Shown piece by piece: positions 37,268-40,967 of a stretch of DNA of 40,967 nt (its first letter is position 1; every line of letters begins with the position of its first letter). The position numbers were made by a program, and so were the translations under genes. This DNA comes from a virus (Duplodnaviria > Caudoviricetes), in IMG/VR virus record IMGVR_UViG_3300005805_000172, positions 1 to 40,967 of that record; one strand, 5' to 3'. Under the pieces are notes generated by a model that worked only from the letters and a program-made list of their open reading frames with translations, ran no database searches and was not told where the DNA came from.

Positions 37268-37329
37268 CACATAGCCCGCAACGGCTTAAAACTACGGCCT
37301 AAACCTGCTATTGCCGGAGGCAATTTCTA

Positions 37330-37575
37330 ATGGCTACATTCACCGAGCGCCAAGAACACAAGATCGAAATCATCCCGCCTTACTCGATCCTCCAATGCCG
37401 CCGTGCGGACATCGTGGAGAAAGATGGCGAAGAAGTAGGACGTACTTACCACCGCCACGTACGTGTGCCTGGTGACGACGTGAGCGGCGACTGCGCCGAA
37501 CTGCAGGCCGTCGCCAACGCCTTATGGACATCCGAAGTTATTGCGAATTATCAAGCATCGCTACCTACTTCTTAA
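37330..37575 (+). CDS. Small tail-fibre-associated protein
   Basis: RBS GGAGG. ILQCRRADIVEKDG.EVGRTYHRHV..PGDD...ALWT resembles small genes that commonly follow phage fibre genes. Confidence 0.7.
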   Translation: MATFTERQEHKIEIIPPYSILQCRRADIVEKDGEEVGRTYHRHVRVPGDDVSGDCAELQAVANALWTSEVIANYQASLPTS

Positions 37576-37610
37576 GCTCTAGTCACACACTCCCAACGCA
37601 GCCCCACGCA

Positions 37611-37928
37611 ATGAGCACAAACTTCTACTGGCGTATTACGACTATGGAGCGCACAACAGCTGATGGTATCGTCACCACAGTTCACTACACTATTGACGCG
37701 GCTGACACTACTTACAAAGCTGGTGCTTATGGCAGCATCGGCCTAGAGCCCCCAGAACCAGACGACCTGATTCCCTACGGCGCCCTATTTGAAGAGCTGT
37801 GTGTTGAATGGGTCAAGAACGCACTTGGCGCAGAAAAGGTTTCCGAGATCGAAGCAGCTCTGCAGGCCCAACTGGATGAACAGCGCGCCCCGAGCCGCGC
37901 ACAGGGACTGCCGTGGAGCACTAATTAA
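37611..37928 (+). CDS. Small tail-fibre-associated hypothetical protein
   Basis: WRITTMER...DGIVTTVHY...GAYGSIGL...IPY..L.EE....WVK.ALG...GLPW. ATG 37611 preferred. Confidence 0.7.
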   Translation: MSTNFYWRITTMERTTADGIVTTVHYTIDAADTTYKAGAYGSIGLEPPEPDDLIPYGALFEELCVEWVKNALGAEKVSEIEAALQAQLDEQRAPSRAQGLPWSTN

Positions 37929-37973
37929 CGAGACGGGAGGCCCTCCCTATCCTGAAGCAACCGCGATGCAGCA

Positions 37974-38117
37974 TTGGCCACCAAATCCAAATCCGGTGTA
38001 GCTGCCGCTCGTCGGGCCTTCAAAAAAGGCCCACCAAAAACAACATCCCAAGGCCAAGGACAGCATTCCTGCCCCTCTCGCCGAGGCCGCAAAAAGACTC
38101 GCGGTCAAGGCAAGTAG
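37974..38117 (+). CDS. 47-aa highly basic protein (below the ORF-track cutoff)
   Basis: TTG start; MATKSKSGVAAARRAFKKGPPKTTSQGQGQHSCPSRRGRKKTRGQGK. Preceded by a TATCCT -10-like element; stop is 2 nt before the next ATG. Confidence 0.65.
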   Translation: MATKSKSGVAAARRAFKKGPPKTTSQGQGQHSCPSRRGRKKTRGQGK

Positions 38118-38119
38118 CC

Positions 38120-38305
38120 ATGGACCCCCACACCCGTGAGAACTGGCGCAAAATCAAAGCCGCTCTAGAGGCAGCACAGAAGACTGATTGCTCCTACTAC
38201 AAACGTGCCATAGCGATCCTCGCTGGGTGCCCCGATCCTTGCAGCCATCCCGCTTGGCCGGGCCTAGATACGCTGAAGCTATCGGACACACAACCCCGTG
38301 ATTGA
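38120..38305 (+). CDS. Hypothetical protein (61 aa)
   Basis: MDPHTRENWRKIKAALEAAQKTDCSYYKRAIAI; tightly packed with neighbours. Confidence 0.65.
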   Translation: MDPHTRENWRKIKAALEAAQKTDCSYYKRAIAILAGCPDPCSHPAWPGLDTLKLSDTQPRD

Positions 38306-38570
38306 GGTCGTTGCTGCCGCCCTCGGGGCCTCAATCACTGCCGGCGCGCTGGGCTTAGGCGCCATCGGTAGCCGCTCACGTGAAGGCCGCGATGCTGTCA
38401 TCCGACTAACTGCTGCAGTCGAAAACGTCGCTTCCCGTCTCGAAACACTCCATGTCGACATCAAGGCGGACCGTCGCGAAACCCTCAGCCGCCTCGGTGG
38501 CATCGAGCAGCGCGTCTCCAAGCTCGAAGCGCTCCCGAACTTCGGCAAGCGCTGCACAGACCATGAGTAA
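38298..38570 (+). CDS. Membrane-anchored coiled-coil protein (holin/XhlA-like candidate)
   Basis: N-terminal hydrophobic IEVVAAALGASITAGALGLGAI, then a heptad-like region ending RVSKLE. Confidence 0.55.
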   Translation: MIEVVAAALGASITAGALGLGAIGSRSREGRDAVIRLTAAVENVASRLETLHVDIKADRRETLSRLGGIEQRVSKLEALPNFGKRCTDHE

Positions 38571-38820
38571 CCCAATTGTAGTAACGCTAGTACTCAGACT
38601 CCTAGTAGCTTGCTACTCGTACATGCTGGTCATGGCAAGCGCCAATGTCGCCAGTTGTGAGTGGCGGCGCCCTGGCCAGTGCGGCAACCAGTGGACGCAG
38701 GCGTTCACCGTGGCGGGCGGCGCCGCTTCAACCTTATGGGCTTACATCACTGACTCACCTGTCCAAGGATCCACAACCCGAGGGCGGTCTAGACGTACCT
38801 CTACCACCTCAGAACGATGA
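38563..38820 (+). CDS. Small membrane protein (two hydrophobic segments)
   Basis: IVVTLVLRLLVACYSYMLVMA, a loop with two Cys, AFTVAGGAASTLWAYI, and a basic tail. Confidence 0.55.
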   Translation: MSNPIVVTLVLRLLVACYSYMLVMASANVASCEWRRPGQCGNQWTQAFTVAGGAASTLWAYITDSPVQGSTTRGRSRRTSTTSER

Positions 38821-39086
38821 ACTTCCTCCTCATTCACCTGGGGAACGCGCTACTACGCATCGCCCTCGATCAGAGCTTGCGTCGTGTGCTGCCCTTTATC
38901 TATAGGCGCCTCGACGATGAGCTTCCTTCGCTCCTGGTCCGCTACGCACCCCCTTCCAAAATCGAGGGCGTCATCGCAAGCGCCATAAACGATGCCACCG
39001 GTAAGCGGGCCACCCCTGATCAGATTGCCACAGTGATAACGCTGTACGACCCGGTGAAGGCAGCTTTGCGGAACGTCCGCCGTTAA
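38817..39086 (+). CDS. Hypothetical protein (89 aa)
   Basis: ATGA overlap with the upstream gene. Confidence 0.6.
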   Translation: MNFLLIHLGNALLRIALDQSLRRVLPFIYRRLDDELPSLLVRYAPPSKIEGVIASAINDATGKRATPDQIATVITLYDPVKAALRNVRR

Positions 39087-39131
39087 CCCAGCTGAGCGAT
39101 CCCGCTACGCTTGGATGGGAGGCTATTCGCG

Positions 39132-39473
39132 ATGAAACCTGCGGTCTACAACATTAGTCCATCGCGCAACGCCGATTATTATCTAGGGGAACCCTTGCGC
39201 TTCAAAGATAGCACTGGAGCTGCCATAAATCTTACAGGGTGGACAGTACTAGCACAGGTATGGGACTTAGCGGGCAGCACTAAGCTTGCCGATTTCGAAG
39301 TTACCTATGTCGACCGCGCCAACGGCATTGTCCTACCAAAATTAGCCTATACAGTCACGGCGACACTTCCCAACGAGTGCTTATACGACGTAATGCTAAT
39401 AAATCCCAGCGGAAAACGTACTTATTATCTTGAGGGAACTTGCACCCCTGACAAAGGAGTAACGGTGCCATGA
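39132..39473 (+). CDS. BppU/LtfC-like fibre adaptor protein
   Basis: FKDSTGAAINLTGWTVLAQVW...GIV...YDVMLINPSG...YYLEG. Confidence 0.65.
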   Translation: MKPAVYNISPSRNADYYLGEPLRFKDSTGAAINLTGWTVLAQVWDLAGSTKLADFEVTYVDRANGIVLPKLAYTVTATLPNECLYDVMLINPSGKRTYYLEGTCTPDKGVTVP

Positions 39474-40618
39474 GCGATATACGATTAGGCGTAGTAGAAA
39501 TTACTGACGGAACCTCAGTAAATCTGGAGGTCACTGAAACAAACGCTGTTGCGCTAGAAGTCATTCATCCCGGCCCACAGGGACCTGCAGGACCCTCAGG
39601 CGATGCGTTACCAACTGGCGGCAACGCAGGTGACCTATTAGTTCGTAGTGGTTCTACAGGCACTTGGACTGACACACCGACAGTTCAAGCACTCAACCTG
39701 AAGACGACCGGCGGCAATGCCGACACGGCCGGCGAGCTGGCGTGGAACGAAGACGAGCAGACGCTGGACGTTGCCAAGGGCGGCGGCACGGTGCTGCAGG
39801 TCGGCCAGGAGATGAGCTTTCTGGTATACAACGACACGGCAAGCACGATTACGGAAGGCACCGGCGTGATGTACGTCGGCACCAATGGCGCGAGCGGTCA
39901 GCTGAAGGTGGCGCCGATGCTTGCGAACGGCACCCTGCCGGGACATGTGTTCCTCGGCGTGATGACGGAGACGGTGGCCGCGGGCAGCAGTGGCTTTGTC
40001 ACCAGCTTCGGCAAGGTGCGCGGGATTGATACCACCGCCTTCCCGGTGGACTCGATCCTGTACTGCGATCCAGTAAACCCTGGCGGATTTGTGACGGTCG
40101 AGCCGGATGGCCCGAACCTGAAGCTGCCGGTGGCGGCGGTGATCAGCTCGGCCAACAACGGCATCATCTTTGTGCGGGCTGCCACGGGTCAATTCCTGAA
40201 GGACTGCCACGATGTGGAAACCAGCGACGCGCACGACGGCGACGTGCTCACGTGGGCGGATGCGGCCAACCGTTGGGAGCACAAGCCCCCGACAAACGGC
40301 TCAGCACCGCGAAGCATCACGATCGCTGGACCGCTGGCGGGTGACAGCTTCACGCTGTTCCGCACCAGCCGCGAGACCACTATCAGCAGCGTGGTCGGGT
40401 TGGTCTCGGGAGGATCCGTGACCTACGAGCTGCGCTATGCCGCAGACCGCACCACGGCTGGCACGCTGGCGACGGTGCCGGACACTGTGACCAATACCAC
40501 CACCGGAGACGCGGCCACAGTGCAGAACCAGCCCATCCCGGCAGCACGCTGGGTGTGGGTTGAGATCACCACGGTCAGCGGGGCGGTGGACGAGTTCAAT
40601 CTGTCCGTTGCGTTCTGA
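39470..40618 (+). CDS. Fibre-like structural protein with a short collagen-like stretch
   Basis: PGPQGPAGPSGD, PTGGNAGDLLV, GELAWN, GFVTSFGKVRGIDT, LKDCHDV...DGDVLTW....RWE. Confidence 0.65.
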   Translation: MSDIRLGVVEITDGTSVNLEVTETNAVALEVIHPGPQGPAGPSGDALPTGGNAGDLLVRSGSTGTWTDTPTVQALNLKTTGGNADTAGELAWNEDEQTLDVAKGGGTVLQVGQEMSFLVYNDTASTITEGTGVMYVGTNGASGQLKVAPMLANGTLPGHVFLGVMTETVAAGSSGFVTSFGKVRGIDTTAFPVDSILYCDPVNPGGFVTVEPDGPNLKLPVAAVISSANNGIIFVRAATGQFLKDCHDVETSDAHDGDVLTWADAANRWEHKPPTNGSAPRSITIAGPLAGDSFTLFRTSRETTISSVVGLVSGGSVTYELRYAADRTTAGTLATVPDTVTNTTTGDAATVQNQPIPAARWVWVEITTVSGAVDEFNLSVAF

Positions 40619-40621
40619 CCG

Positions 40622-40627
40622 TAGACT
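40622..40627 (+). promoter_or_regulatory. Putative -10 element (TAGACT)
   Basis: Lies in the gap before RBS AGGAG and ATG 40656. Confidence 0.5.
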
Positions 40628-40655
40628 AAACCCATAGAACAGGAGCCCACTACTG

Positions 40656-40967
40656 ATGGCGACCTTCAACAAGTTCAACTCGTTCGTGGAGGCGCTGGCC
40701 GAGAAGGTGCACAACCTCGGCAGCGACACGCTCACGGTGGCGCTGACCAACACGCTGCCGGTGAACACCAACACGCAGCTGACCAACATCACCCAGATCA
40801 GCTACACCAACATTCAGAACGGCACGACCACGGGCCGCGACCTGACTGGTGTGACCTCGGCGCAGACCAGCGGCAGCTACAAGCTGGATGCCAACGATCT
40901 GGTGCTCACTGCCACGGGCACGGTGCCGACGTTCCATTACGTGGTGCTTTACAACAACACTGCCACC
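40656..40967 (+). CDS. Phage structural protein, 3'-truncated by the window edge
   Basis: RBS AGGAG; MATFNKFNSFVEALAEKVHNLGSDTLTVALTN...; frame open to the end. Confidence 0.7.
   Translation, partial: MATFNKFNSFVEALAEKVHNLGSDTLTVALTNTLPVNTNTQLTNITQISYTNIQNGTTTGRDLTGVTSAQTSGSYKLDANDLVLTATGTVPTFHYVVLYNNTAT

Noticed and set aside
37935-37947. Hairpin GGGAG-gcc-CTCCC as a terminator
   Set aside because: Short stem, 3-nt loop and no U-tract.
1-40967. tRNA/rRNA genes, integrase or att sites, introns/inteins, stop-codon recoding
   Set aside because: None recognised. Intergenic gaps are short, core genes are uninterrupted, and TAA, TAG and TGA all terminate genes at sensible positions.

Overview
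The window is the virion morphogenesis region of a GC-rich tailed dsDNA phage with a siphovirus-type tail. A picocyanobacterial host is inferred from gene content and promoter style but not proven. Gene order: terminase large subunit (5'-truncated), two HNH-type nuclease genes, DUF1073-type portal, a block of unusual head-accessory genes around a MuF/SPP1-gp7 minor head gene, an antisense XRE regulator, DUF2213-type protease/scaffold, decoration protein, DUF2184-type major capsid, neck genes, major tail protein, tail assembly chaperone with a GGGAAAG -1 frameshift, tape measure with a lysozyme domain, tail-tip genes, two large fibre/spike genes, small membrane and basic proteins, and a second fibre-like module that runs off the end. 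The most unusual part is about 3.5-10.3 kb. It looks like a modular capsid-cargo polyprotein system. Modules are delimited by an R-x-D motif that is also dense in the scaffold and present at the portal and capsid N-termini (candidate maturation-protease site). Five modules start with a shared Cys tag, CG-x3-I[PS]-x4-C-x(1-2)-K, followed by a hydrophobic helix and a variable payload: an LRAT/H-NC phospholipase-acyltransferase-like domain, a GNAT-like domain or a glycine-zipper region. The GNAT-like module appears reachable by a second, non-tail GGGAAAG -1 frameshift. All family assignments come from recognising motifs by eye; no database searches were run.
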